In this document: positions 34,932-46,100 of the stretch, in pieces
How positions within the stretch are numbered: the first letter of the stretch is position 1
Layout of the letters: the number at the start of each line of letters is the position of its first letter
Assembly (NCBI GenBank): GCA_907165135.1
Contig: OU015570.1
Coordinates: 1,054,001 to 1,118,000 of the forward strand
Length of the DNA: 64,000 nucleotides
Origin: Oikopleura dioica
Taxonomy: Eukaryota > Animalia > Chordata
Reading direction: 5' to 3'
Notes under the pieces: model-generated
What the model saw: only the letters and a program-made list of their open reading frames with translations
Databases searched by the model: none
Told to the model about the DNA's origin: nothing
Program-made: the position numbers and the translations under genes

Positions 34932-37900
34932 CTACATCAGCAGGAGTTTTTTAAGTTCTTCAGGCTCTTTTCTCCAGGCGACTCTTTCACTTACCAGAGA
35001 TCGCGACTGCATGAATTCTGGCATCGCCAGCTCTGCGTTTTGTGCTAACATCATTATCCCGGCGTTTTCCTCGTCCGTCACGCAGTTACCGTCGACAATA
35101 GCTCTAATCGCGTTCAAAGACCATGTGTAAACTGCCTGCCGTTTCAGCCCGACTTTGACCGCGAAGCGAACTCCCTCAAACCAATCTATTCCTTCTGGGT
35201 TTTCCTCTGTCGCTACAATTTTGAAATAGGGGTTAAGGTCGTTTTTCTTCCATTCTCCCTCGATTAAAATGTAATCCCCCACTTTGATTGGTTTTTCGAG
35301 CTCAGATTCATACGTATCGCCTTCCTCATAAGGTCTGAAAATAATCGGTTTGCGCGTTCTACCTTTTGCCTGATTACGCATCGCCGCCTTTCTCCCTTGT
35401 TCGCGGCATTTTTTAATGTAATTCAAAAGTTTTTTCAGATCAACTTTAACAGGCTGGTCGGTTTTATCCCTGCCGTAATAGATTTCGGTCGGAGTGTATC
35501 CGTGCCGGCTTGGCGTGTTATTAATTCTCATCGCGGTATCTAGAGCGATTCTTTCGGCAGGACCGCGCTTGCTTATTTCCGCGACAAGTATCTTATCAGC
35601 TTCTGAATTCTTGAGTCTCCTGGGGAGAGGTAATTCTTGCTCGCGCTTCTTTTGATAAGTAACACAATTTCTACATTCCATCGTTGCCAACATTCATCAG
35701 CAGCGATTTTCTTGTTCACGCTGCATCCATCTACGAAGATTTTTACCTTCTTTTCCTTCAATGGTCCCCGAACAAAATCAGCAAGGGCTTTCATGAAGAC
35801 CTCAGTCTCATGATCCGCGTCGTTGTTGGCCTTCTTGATCGGGTAAAGCCGCGTGAATCCTGAGATTGCCTCCGCGAAAACATAAAATTTGATTGTGGTC
35901 TCATCTGCGCCTGGGTAAGAGTTTCTAGTGATTAGATCCGCGAACAAAACCTGTCCTAATTCCTTAGGCTCGTAATCATCAAACTCCTTCGGGATAACCT
36001 CAATCTTCGTTTGTTTGCGAAAGTAAGTGCACCCAGTGCATGATCTGTGCACTTTTTCCACCACTTTATTCATCCCAGATGCCCACCAATCAAATCTCAC
36101 GTGTTTCTTTAGCGCTGTTAACGATGTGCATCCGATGGCGCTTTTCAGCTTTCGGACAATCACCTCCAGGAACGCGACCGGAACAACGATTGGTCTGACC
36201 ATTTTTTCCTCGACAAAAAGCGCGTTCTTCCGCAACACCGCGATCCCGTCTACTACCTCGGACTCTGTCGACTTCCGCAAGCTCTCAGCGACCCTGTCGC
36301 TGTAAGGTAACTTGCCATTCTTCCGTTTTGATTCTACTGCTTTCTGTATCGACTTATCCGTGAGTTGGATATCCCTAATAAGATCCCGGTTTCTTAGAAG
36401 GTCACTGTATGTTCCTTTCGCGACACAAGCTTTTAGTCTCTCCATCACCGGTCTCGCGTCTCTTATCCATTTGCTTTCAGCTCCTGTATCCGACGCGCTA
36501 GTCTCCCGGTTTAGGCCCTTCGCACGGGCTCGCGTACACATCTGATGAACTTCATGGTCGATCTCGTCGCCGCGCAACTCCGTCATCCTCTTCGACTCCT
36601 GAAGCTCGCAAAGGATCGCGTCCCTTTGTGTAGAAGGTAAGCCGAAGATTCTCTCAAACCTCGCGAGAGTCACTGTAGGCTCATAGCTCTTTTCCTTTAT
36701 CGCCGTAACCTTATCACCCGCTCCTTTGCTCAGCTTACCTTCTCTCTCGATGCTCATGCAAACGCGGCAATTCTCATCACAGGGTTTTAGCCAATTGTCC
36801 GATCGGCTAATCATGTCTACTAGATCGACCTCGATTGATCTGCAGCTTCTATAAATTATTTTGATATCATAAGACATCAGTTTCATAAGTCTTTCGTTAA
36901 TTTTATTATCCGCGGCTAGCTCTTGACCATTCAAACACCTCTTGTATAGTTTTTCTACACTCAACGAGTCCGTTATGATTGTGACAGGATCTCTCACCAA
37001 GTCAATCTCCCAGCTAAAATGTATAACCGCGCTTAAAATTCCGTGCAGTTCAATCATACACGAGCTCCATTGCGTGACATTTCCTGTATCTGGTCTTTTT
37101 CGCGAGAACAATTTATTTATCCTAACTTTCCGTTTACCTTCTATCGTTTCAACCTGGTACAAAAAGGCTCCAGTTCCCTTGTTGCTGCTGTCACAACAAA
37201 TAAATGTTTCTAGCTCCGGAATTATCGGGTATAAATTTACCAAACAGCCCGCGACCTCCTTCTGGACTTCTTTGTACGTGCTTATCAGTTTTTCAGTCCA
37301 TTCTATTCGCGTACTTAGGCTTTTCCCTCCCCCACTTGCTTCATACAGGTCTGATAAAAGCTCAGTCCTAAACGGGAGAGAGTCCCCAATATAAGTTATC
37401 CATCCCAGAACTCGCTTCAAACACTTTACTGTCTTTACCTCCTCGTGATTTTGCAACGCTATTTTATCCAAGATGTGATTGCTCGCCATTATCACTCCGT
37501 TCTTCACGCGTCTTCCGAGGATTGACAAATCCTTGCTGAGGAATTCACACTTCTTTCCCTTCAATCGCAAGTTAAAAGTAGATAGCGTGTTCAGTACTGC
37601 CGCGACGTTTTCTAGAAAACTTTCAGGGGACGACCCTGTTATGCAGATGTCATCAACGTAAATGAAGCAGTACTCGCGGTGACTGTATAAAATCCTTTTT
37701 AGCTTCTCTCTCGCGATCAAAGGGCTCAAAATCCATCCCATTGGCAATCTTTTGTAGCACATCGGACCCTGGTCTGGGTGGTCAATACAGAAGTATTTCC
37801 ACATTGACGGATGAAGGGGGAAGCAGAAAAACATGCTACTGATGTCGATTGTCGCTATTAATCCAGTTTCTGTGAACCGCGCGACATTCTGCAGGACCTG

Positions 37901-38065
37901 TCTTATCGAGTCTGTTGGCCGCGCCGAGTGTGACGTGTCATCGTTTATCATGGCTCTTTTACAGTCCGCCACTATTCTGATTGAGCCTGCGCTTAGCTCA
38001 ACTTTCGCGGTGTCTGTATTTTTCTTCCCCACAGGAAAGAATGTTAGAAAATGTGAGGGCGTCAT
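34932..38065 (-). pseudogene. pol: RT-RNase H-integrase of the LTR element, frameshifted in integrase (~35580-35690)
   Basis: IDISSMFF, RLPMGWILSP, YVDD, CCDSSNKGTG, WWASG...CTGC, FADL, FVDG, GYTPTEIYYGR. Confidence 0.92.
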
Positions 38066-39252
38066 GCACTTCCGATTATTCCCTCACTAGCTTCCGCGTC
38101 CAACTTCTCTCGCAAGGCCTTAACCACCGATTCCGACATCGATTTTCCGTATGATTGTTTAACCACCTTTCCTGAAGTATTTCCTGTAATTTCCGCGTAA
38201 ACCTCAAACTCTTCTCCTGGAACTAAACCTTGTGTTCCCTCGAACAGAATTTTATTATTTTCTATTATCTTCCATAAACGCGCTGAAAAGTCCACCCCAT
38301 TTTCGATTCCTGGAAGCACATCCTACATCCTATCTACCGTGCATTCTTTCCACGTGTTAATTTCGCGAGCTTTCTGGTGAAGCCTTTCCAAATGACGCGC
38401 GTATTCTACTCGTGAATCAGGGTTGAATCTGGAAGTGGCTCGCATATCGACTACTTCGCTGTTGATCCTCGGGACAATCGTGTCGACCCGCGGTGCTGGA
38501 GTTAACCTGTCATTCTTTACCTCTTCATACATATTGAAACTGTGGATTACATTATTGAACGACTGAATTTCCGCGTGACTCTCCGCGTCGCGGTTGGCTA
38601 TCTCGAATCCTCTTATAGATACTCTCACGCGAAAACCTTTTCCTCGTGACTCGCACCAAATTTTTGCCGAGTAACGCGCTAAATCCGACAGCGAGAGCAG
38701 CACCGTGTTGTCGCTGCTCCTGCTGACTCTTGCTTCCGAAAACTCAATTTTTACGTTCTTATTCAGGCGCAACGCGAACGAAACTGTCAGTGGGAGGAAT
38801 TCCAGCTTACCTCCGCCTGCTGTCCTGCCGATTCCGCTTTTTGCTGGTTTAACGCGCACTATTGGTAAGTTCTTTATCAACGAATAGAGAGGAAAAGGTA
38901 ACAAACTTACTGAACATCCTGTGTCCAGTAGAAGCTTAAAATAAGTATAGTTCTTTTTATTTCTTTCGCGTTCTAAATCAGGTAGGCAGAACCAAATATC
39001 TTACAATTTGTTTTCACATTCTTCTACTGTCTTCGTTCCTTCTTCTATTGACGCTCTTAACCATGGGTTATTTCTTCCTGTCCAAAGCTTCGCAAATATC
39101 TCACCTCCCATGTCGAACGCCGCGTATCCATCAGTCTCTTCTTTGTTCAAATCCATCGCGAAATTATTGAAGTTGTCTGTGTCGCTGTCAGAGCTCCACT
39201 CGCACTCCTCGCAGAGTGCTTGAAGCTCCTCCAGGTCGACCTCTCCGTCCAA
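38062..39252 (-). pseudogene. pol: Protease region of pol with in-frame stops at 39001-39003 and 38323-38325
   Basis: FKLLLDTGCSVSLLP read at ~38895-38940, upstream of and in frame with ORF 38323..38904. Confidence 0.85.
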
Positions 39253-39357
39253 CGCGTAAAATTTTCGCCGCTCACCCTGAGGTTTAACACCTTTTTTCTT
39301 TATGAAACGGCTAAATTTCCTGGGAATATCTACTCGTTTTACCTGACCATTTTTGCT

Positions 39358-40848
39358 TTATAAAATCTTGTCCGGGTCCTCTTTCTTTAAGGACTCTATT
39401 TCGCGTCTGGACAGGTATTGACCGGTGTACTGGAACACTCTGCCGGTAGATATTTCCACCTTGAGATCGCGGCTATTAGTTACCTGTGCAAGTGAAATGT
39501 TTCGCGAATTTGAACGTGGAAATTGCCCGCGATTATCGCTTTGCCATTTCCGTACATTATCCCGCGAATTTGGTGGCTTGTTCCCCTTGAAAAACGCGTT
39601 GAGGTCGTCCTCATAATCATCAACCGCTGGTGTACCAACGTCCTTGCCTTCTTCGGGGTCGAAAACGTTGAAAGAGTTTTTCTTGTCCTTGCTGGCGTAT
39701 TTCTGATCATTTACAATCTTCACCAGCGAGGACCGGAAATCTCCTCCATCATCAATTTCTAACGCGACTTCTATCTGACTCAGTTCAACATGAGATGTCG
39801 ATTGTGTCGCTTTTTCGAGTTCATCTAGGAAAAGCTTTTTCTCGCAAATGATATCGCGACCATCCATTTCACGAAATTCAATATTTCTTTTAACACAAAT
39901 CTTTTCCAGGATTTCCTTCCATTTAGACTCTTGCACTCCCAGTGTACAAAGCCCCAGCAAAAAATACTCTGCCAAAGGGCCGAACCTATCAGGAGTAGTA
40001 CAGTACTGTTCGCGGAAGATAGATACAGACATAGGGGTTCCTTTTGGAAATCGCCCAGCTACAATCGCGTTATCTGTCATGACCTTTTTTAATATTTTCT
40101 TGGAGACTTCGTACAAAGTTCCGGTCTTCACGTGGCTCAGTTCCCCTCTTCCTAAGATTCGTAGGAACTTAACAAAGCTTAGGAAGTCATTTTTTCCCGC
40201 GTTTCCGCAGAAATTTTTAATCATCATCCGAACATATTGGTTTAAATTTGTACAATAACCATTTTTTAGGTCCTCCTTGGAACTATCCTCGACGTTGTTG
40301 CAGATCGTCGCGCAAACCAGGCGAAGAACGTCCAATGCCTCCTGGCACGCAGATTTCGTGAATCCTGCCTGAACGTGGAAATAATTCCGCAGCGCCAAGT
40401 TCACTCCAGGAAAATGGTGCTCCTTGAACGCGGCTTCACTCTCTTCCGCCGTTTGGCCGTTGAAATCAACGAACCTGTCCTCATTATCGGACACCTTCGC
40501 GTTCTCCAACTTTGGATGCCCCGCGTATCGACCTGCTACTCTCCATTGTTCGAACTCTTGGAGGGTAGATGGGATCGATAACCGTCCGACCGTGGACGGC
40601 AGCTCACCATTATTCTCGCCCCATGTAAGGGGAAGATTAGCGATTTGATCCACAAACCGATTGTCCTTCAAAGACTTCCGTACGTCGTAAGTAGCGACAG
40701 TTACCAGGTGATCTTTCCACGCTATAATCTTCCGATCACGTACTGCTGCATCACTATTCGTGAATGCCAAAGGGATTACTGCCTTCCCTGTATAAAACTC
40801 GTGCCCTTTGGGCGCGAGGAACATGTTATTCATGATAGCTTCTTGCAA
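39358..40848 (-). CDS. gag: gag-position ORF (496 aa; likely ATG near 40833), no CCHC knuckle seen
   Basis: Long ORF between PBS and protease; assigned by position only. Confidence 0.7.
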   Translation of the reverse strand: MQEAIMNNMFLAPKGHEFYTGKAVIPLAFTNSDAAVRDRKIIAWKDHLVTVATYDVRKSLKDNRFVDQIANLPLTWGENNGELPSTVGRLSIPSTLQEFEQWRVAGRYAGHPKLENAKVSDNEDRFVDFNGQTAEESEAAFKEHHFPGVNLALRNYFHVQAGFTKSACQEALDVLRLVCATICNNVEDSSKEDLKNGYCTNLNQYVRMMIKNFCGNAGKNDFLSFVKFLRILGRGELSHVKTGTLYEVSKKILKKVMTDNAIVAGRFPKGTPMSVSIFREQYCTTPDRFGPLAEYFLLGLCTLGVQESKWKEILEKICVKRNIEFREMDGRDIICEKKLFLDELEKATQSTSHVELSQIEVALEIDDGGDFRSSLVKIVNDQKYASKDKKNSFNVFDPEEGKDVGTPAVDDYEDDLNAFFKGNKPPNSRDNVRKWQSDNRGQFPRSNSRNISLAQVTNSRDLKVEISTGRVFQYTGQYLSRREIESLKKEDPDKIL

Positions 40849-40930
40849 ATAAATGGCAAGGCTCGAGGTTTGATAAAGTGGCCGCGCGGGGTTCGTTCCC
40901 GAAGTCCCAACACAGAGTCAGGTAACTCTT

Positions 40931-40949
40931 GCTGTGACTTCAGTCACCA
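40931..40949 (-). promoter_or_regulatory. Primer-binding-site-like sequence TGGTGACTGAAGTCACAGC
   Basis: Starts with TGG at the 5' LTR edge; first 7 nt resemble tRNA-Trp-type PBS. Confidence 0.55.
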
Positions 40950-41342
40950 CGTAATTTACCCCTGCGAAACCTGCTATATCAACACACTCGTGACCAAAAC
41001 TGGCGTTACGAAACTGGTTTATTCTGTACAGCAGTTAACCAACTTCTCAGATAAAACGCGTGCGACCACAGTGACGACTCAGGCAATCACAGCGGCGGCT
41101 TGGACGACGTTGGAGAAGCTGGAGGAAGCTGCGGTCCCAAAACAGGATAAACCTAAAGACCTGTTAGCCTGAGCAATCTCTTACTTGCCCTTAACAGGAC
41201 TTCCGTTTCTCTACCTCGAGTTTGGTACGCTCAGCGCGAATAACGCGAAAGCACTGAGTCGTACTCAACACGAGGTCCGCGTAGGTGTACTCTTCCTCGG
41301 GGCGAACCTTTTGGTAGCTCCGATATACACCAACCATTACGT
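40949..41342 (-). repeat. 5' LTR (394 bp)
   Basis: Identical to 27547-27940; 7-bp terminal inverted repeat ACGTAAT/ATTACGT. Confidence 0.92.
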
Positions 41343-42740
41343 AATCAATTAAATTGACGTTGGAAAAGCCGAGATTGAAACTGCTGATGCTGGGATTAAT
41401 GCTGAAAAAGTCGGAGTTGACGTCAAAGAACCCGGGATCGACATTAGAAAATCCAGAATCGGCAGAATCCTGAATTGGCTATTTGAGAAACTCAGGATTT
41501 TAAGAAATCCAGGATTCGAGAAATGCGGGATTTTGGGAAATGCGGGAGCAGAAAAAAGAAAAGGGTTGAAAATTCAAGCGGCGAGAAGCAATAAAAAAAA
41601 TTGGTGAGAAAAAAGCAATCATCGCGTTTATGAAGAACCATTTTCGTGGAAATGCACCAAAAATGGGCATTTTTTTACAATTCTAATAATTCCAACCCAA
41701 AATCTCATTTTTATCAAATAATTTTAAGTTCAACAGTGTCCGTGCGAGACCCATTTTGGCCAAAACAATTGGAAGCTCTTAAAAAGAAAAATAAAATAAA
41801 GACTATAAGTCTTTTTAAAACTGGGACAAATCGAATTTTATAAATGATGGGTGTGGGCGGGGTTGGGGACCTAACTGAGATTGATCACCTCAAAGTTCCC
41901 AGCCATTGTCAAGCCCCTTACATTAAAAAATCAAGAATCGGGGCTGAGACGGCCCGAAGGGCCGTCAAGCCCCTTAAATTAAAAAATCAAGAATCGGGGC
42001 TGAGACGGCTCAAAAGGTCTGCTCAGCTCAGCTCAATGACTTCTAAAAAGGCCTGCCCAGCTCAGCTCAGTGAGCTCCGAAATAGGCCAGCTGAGCTCAG
42101 AGAATTTCTCACTCATGGCGGCTCAGCTCAGCTCAGCAAAAATAAAGCCAAATTTGCATTTCTGATGAGATTTTTGAAAATTTCGAATTCTGACCTGGGT
42201 TTATCGAGTTCTATCTGGGCTTGTCCAATCATGATTGATTCGAGAAGCATGATTTGCAACTGAGAAGCCGAGACTGAGGTCTGAGAAATTGGTAATGGGT
42301 TACCAAAATTGGTAATGGGTTACCAATTCGTAATGAGTCCGACCGTTTCCCAAAATGTTAAGATATTAGAATTAGGACTCAAGTTTGTGACGCTAGGATC
42401 GGCATAAAGAAGCCGAAATCGACGCTGGAGATACCACAATGGACGTTCGAGTCGCCAGGATTGACGTCTGAAAAGCTAGGATCGAAGTTGTTGAAGCCGG
42501 GGTTTAAGTTGATGAAGCCGGGACTGACTGTGGAGAAGCAATAAAGTACAGTTTTATGGTGAATCATTGATTGAGAATCAATTCACATCGCCTTTTACCC
42601 AACTTGGGGAAACGGCGACTTTGGCAAACGGAGACCACTCGATTATTTTGTTTATAATAAGATGTTAAAAGATATTTCAGTTGAGCCAGCAAGAATATGC
42701 AGAAAAAACTGCACAAGAAAATGTCTTAATTACTTTAATA

Positions 42741-43126
42741 CAGTGAAAACCCAAAATTTGCCCACCCAAAATTTGGCCGCTTTTTGTCTAAAACTGCCTT
42801 TTTTGGAACCTGAAATCAACCCAAAATTTGGCCGCTTTTTCAAAAATAGAAAATTTTTCACCAGAATTGGGACCAAATGAGGCTATTTCTGATAATTTTT
42901 AGGTTTTTTAAAGCGTTTTAATGACTAAATTCTCATAAGAATGTCTTCAAACAAGCAAAAATTTGAATAAAATTCATCAAAAATAACAAAATCATGCCGA
43001 TTTTCGAAAATTTTGAATCTTTGCTTTTTGAAGGGGAAACTTGGCTACCCGCCAAAAAACCCAAAATTTTGCCGCTTTTTTCGGGAATTTACATCTGAAA
43101 ACCGGCCAATTTTTGGGTTTTTACTG
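42741..43126. mobile_element. TA-flanked MITE (CAGTGAAAAC TIR family); relatives at 55727-56118 and ~55150-55438
   Basis: TA|cagtgaaaacccaaaa ... ttttgggtttttactg|TA. Confidence 0.8.
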
Positions 43127-46100
43127 TAATTATATTAAAGAAGAGTTTCTAATTAGCAAAGGAAGATTTTTCCTCTTCTTTGAGCACGCTGCTCCTTAGC
43201 GCCCCCACAAGGCCGAGCCTCTGGTCAATTTTTCCCCTGCTTCGAGAATGTTACGTCATTCCGGGTAATAACCACACAGCAGGCCCAAGCGCAAGTGCGC
43301 CTGAATTTTTAGCGCACCGCCTCGCGAGTGAAATCGCAACGGTATAATTTTGTCAGTATTGGCTACTTTGAAAACATTAAAATGATCTCAGTAAAGCTCT
43401 AAAAAGTGGAAGCTTATGTCAATAAGCAAAATTTCCACTTAAGCTTTCGCTAAATCTAATAAAAATAACAAAATATTCAACTCTTAGAACGATTTCTTTT
43501 GAGCGAAATTTCGCTAAAATTTTTGGTAAAAAGCGAAAGCGAAGCGAAGCGAATTGAAATTCCAAAAAGCGAAAGCGAAGCGAAGCGAATTCGCTTCGCT
43601 CTGCTTCGCTTCGCTCATGAGCGAAGTCGCTAAGCGAATCCAGACCCCTGCCGAGATAACATAGAGTCATTTACAGGGTTTAATTTTTTTCACCGTTCAC
43701 CCCCTAACTAAATCTCTTTTAGAATGACCTTTAAAGTATCAGAAGCATAGTTGGAAAAACGTGCGCGTGCGTGCGTGTTTTGCGCACGCGCACGCACGCG
43801 CATCCGGGGATAAAAAAAGCGCATGTGCGCGCACGCGTTCGAATTGGAAAAATAGGGTTTTTTCTTCGGAATTTTGAGTTTTTGGCCTTCCTCAAAAATT
43901 TTATCAAATATCTGAAAAAAGAAAAATAATTTTTTGTTGTTTTCAAAGAGCCCTTGACTTGTTTTTATAGAAACAAAGTCAATATTGAATAGTGTTTATA
44001 CGAAAATATATTGAAATTAGCTCAATTCTAGCTGAAAAGACTAAAGAATTATGACGCAAACAGGTTCGCACATGCGCGCACGTGCGCGAACGCACCCGCA
44101 CGCGGGTTCTGAAAATCTCTGCGCACGTGCACGCACGCGCACTGGGATTTTGAAAAATTCGCGCACGCACCCGCACGCGGTTTTCGGGTGTTTTTCCAAC
44201 TATGATCAGAAGTCCTCAAACTGATACCTATCATCTGTTAGTCAGTGTCTGTATTAGAAAGGCTTAGTTAATGATTTCCAAAATTGCATACAGTCATAGA
44301 CACGGTTCAAGATTCACAAAATTTCTTTTTGAATAATCCTCAAAGTATCAGACGTCCTCTTATGCACTCTTCGCCCGCATTTTTTCTATTGTTTATTTCT
44401 AGACTTGCTCAAAGTGATTGCGTGAGTAGTGCATCCTTTACCAATTCGGATTCGTTTTTAAGAACTGTAGCTATTCTTCTCTGACCTGCAAATCATTATT
44501 TCTTGAACTACATACTCCATTGTCTTAGCCGGGATTTTTCTTGCATCCAGCCTTAAAGAAAAACCATCCAAAGACGTCAAATTCAAAGACGTCAAAAGAT
44601 TCTGACGATCGCCTTTTCTCACTTCGAACAAGTCAATGAAAATCTTCTGATATGCAACAATAGCTCAACTTTCGCCTCATCTGCTGAAATTCTGTTCTCG
44701 TCAATCTTATAGGCTATAAAAAGATTTTATCTAAGACTTTATTAAGCTTCTGCTCGGTTGTGAGACACATGAAATCATCCACATATAACAGTAGCACATA
44801 AATTATGTGACATAATCTTCTTGATCTTCCATCAAATCAGCCATCATCAAATGAATAAAATACAGTTTTTTTCCATCTTAAGAAGCCTTTCGAGATTACA
44901 AGGGCTAAGAAAAAGTCCTCTTAAATTAGAAATTTTCGAGTCCAGTCAGGTATAGTTTTTAATGGGATATGTGGCCATCAAATTTGTGGACATTTTCCTG
45001 CTGGTCAATTTTTTTCAATTTACAATATATTCTGACCAAAAGCTCACTTTTTCTTGATAAAGAAAGATCGGATTGAAGGCTGAAAGAAGGGCACAGAAAC
45101 ATTCTTTTGGTCTTGAGTTGACGGAGTAAGAAGAGGACGATCAAAAACGCTCAGAAAACGCAAAGGAAGAGAAAAAGTCAAGAAATAAAACTTCTCGAAA
45201 AAGAAGAAAAATTATTATGTGGACATTTCTGAGAAAGTCGGGGGACAAAATATGACCACAAATTCCAAAAATGAAAAGCGAAAGCGAAAATTTTTCAAAA
45301 ATTTAAACAAAAGCGAAGCGAATCAAAATTTCTCAACTTCAACTTTATCCCTTTTAGCTCTCGACTAACAACTGTACATCATCGACGCCGTCAAAACCTC
45401 CCCTGATGTCCAGCTCTCCTTGCAAAAAAAAAAAACGAAACTTTTTACCCCTGTGCATTTTTCTATTTTCAAAAACATATCTACTGTTTTTCTTACTATT
45501 GTGTATCCCTTTAGTTACCAAAAGGTGTGCTTCTTCTCATTCTCCTGTGATTTATACATCAAAATTTACCAACCCAAATTGGGGGAAGGGTGAAGTGTTC
45601 TAGTTTAGCTACAGTCCCTAGGCCGTCAATCATAGAGCCTATATAAAGCCTGATCAAAGCCCCCTTTAGCCCATGTTAGTTGCTCCCCGCTGACTCTCAC
45701 TCTTTTCGTCAGCAGTACACTTGAGTGATTTTGCATTTTTGCAAACTTTGCAGCCTCATAATTTCTCAACCCTTTTATAAATATTTTTGAAAAAAGGGTC
45801 CAAACGCTTGTTTATAACAGTTGTTTAACATATCTACCGCGATTATCATTCCTGAATGACGGAGAGATTTCAGTCGTTTGGACATTTTACAATGCAAAAT
45901 TTGTCCGAACGAGCGAAAAGTGCGTGGGCGGCCCTGATTCTCCGGTCACTCAGAAATGATAATCAATTTTGAGAATCATACGAGCATTATTAAGGTAAAA
46001 CGGCTCAATCAGGGGTTCGCTTTCGCTTCGCTTCGCACTTGAGAGCAGAACTCGCTTCGCTTTCGCTTCGCAAAATTCCCAAATTTTCGCAAAAATTTTC

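Larger units (their letters stand above)
27547..41342 (-). mobile_element. 13.8-kb Ty3/gypsy LTR retrotransposon with a ~7-kb accessory gene cassette between integrase and 3' LTR
   Basis: Identical 394-bp direct repeats, PBS-like TGGTGAC, PPT-like tract, order gag-PR-RT-RH-IN. Confidence 0.93.
26971..43342. mobile_element. Non-autonomous TA-flanked DNA transposon (~2.6 kb own sequence) holding the 13.8-kb LTR element; left end also at 12536
   Basis: Imperfect TIR ccgttgcgctctcac... / ...gtgaaatcgcaacgg; TA on both sides; empty site tcgtacaaTAtaattttgtc at 9761-9780. Confidence 0.88.

Noticed and set aside
38969-39005. 32-nt GTAAG...TTTAG intron that would remove the stop before protease
   Set aside because: Removal shifts frame into a stop within five codons
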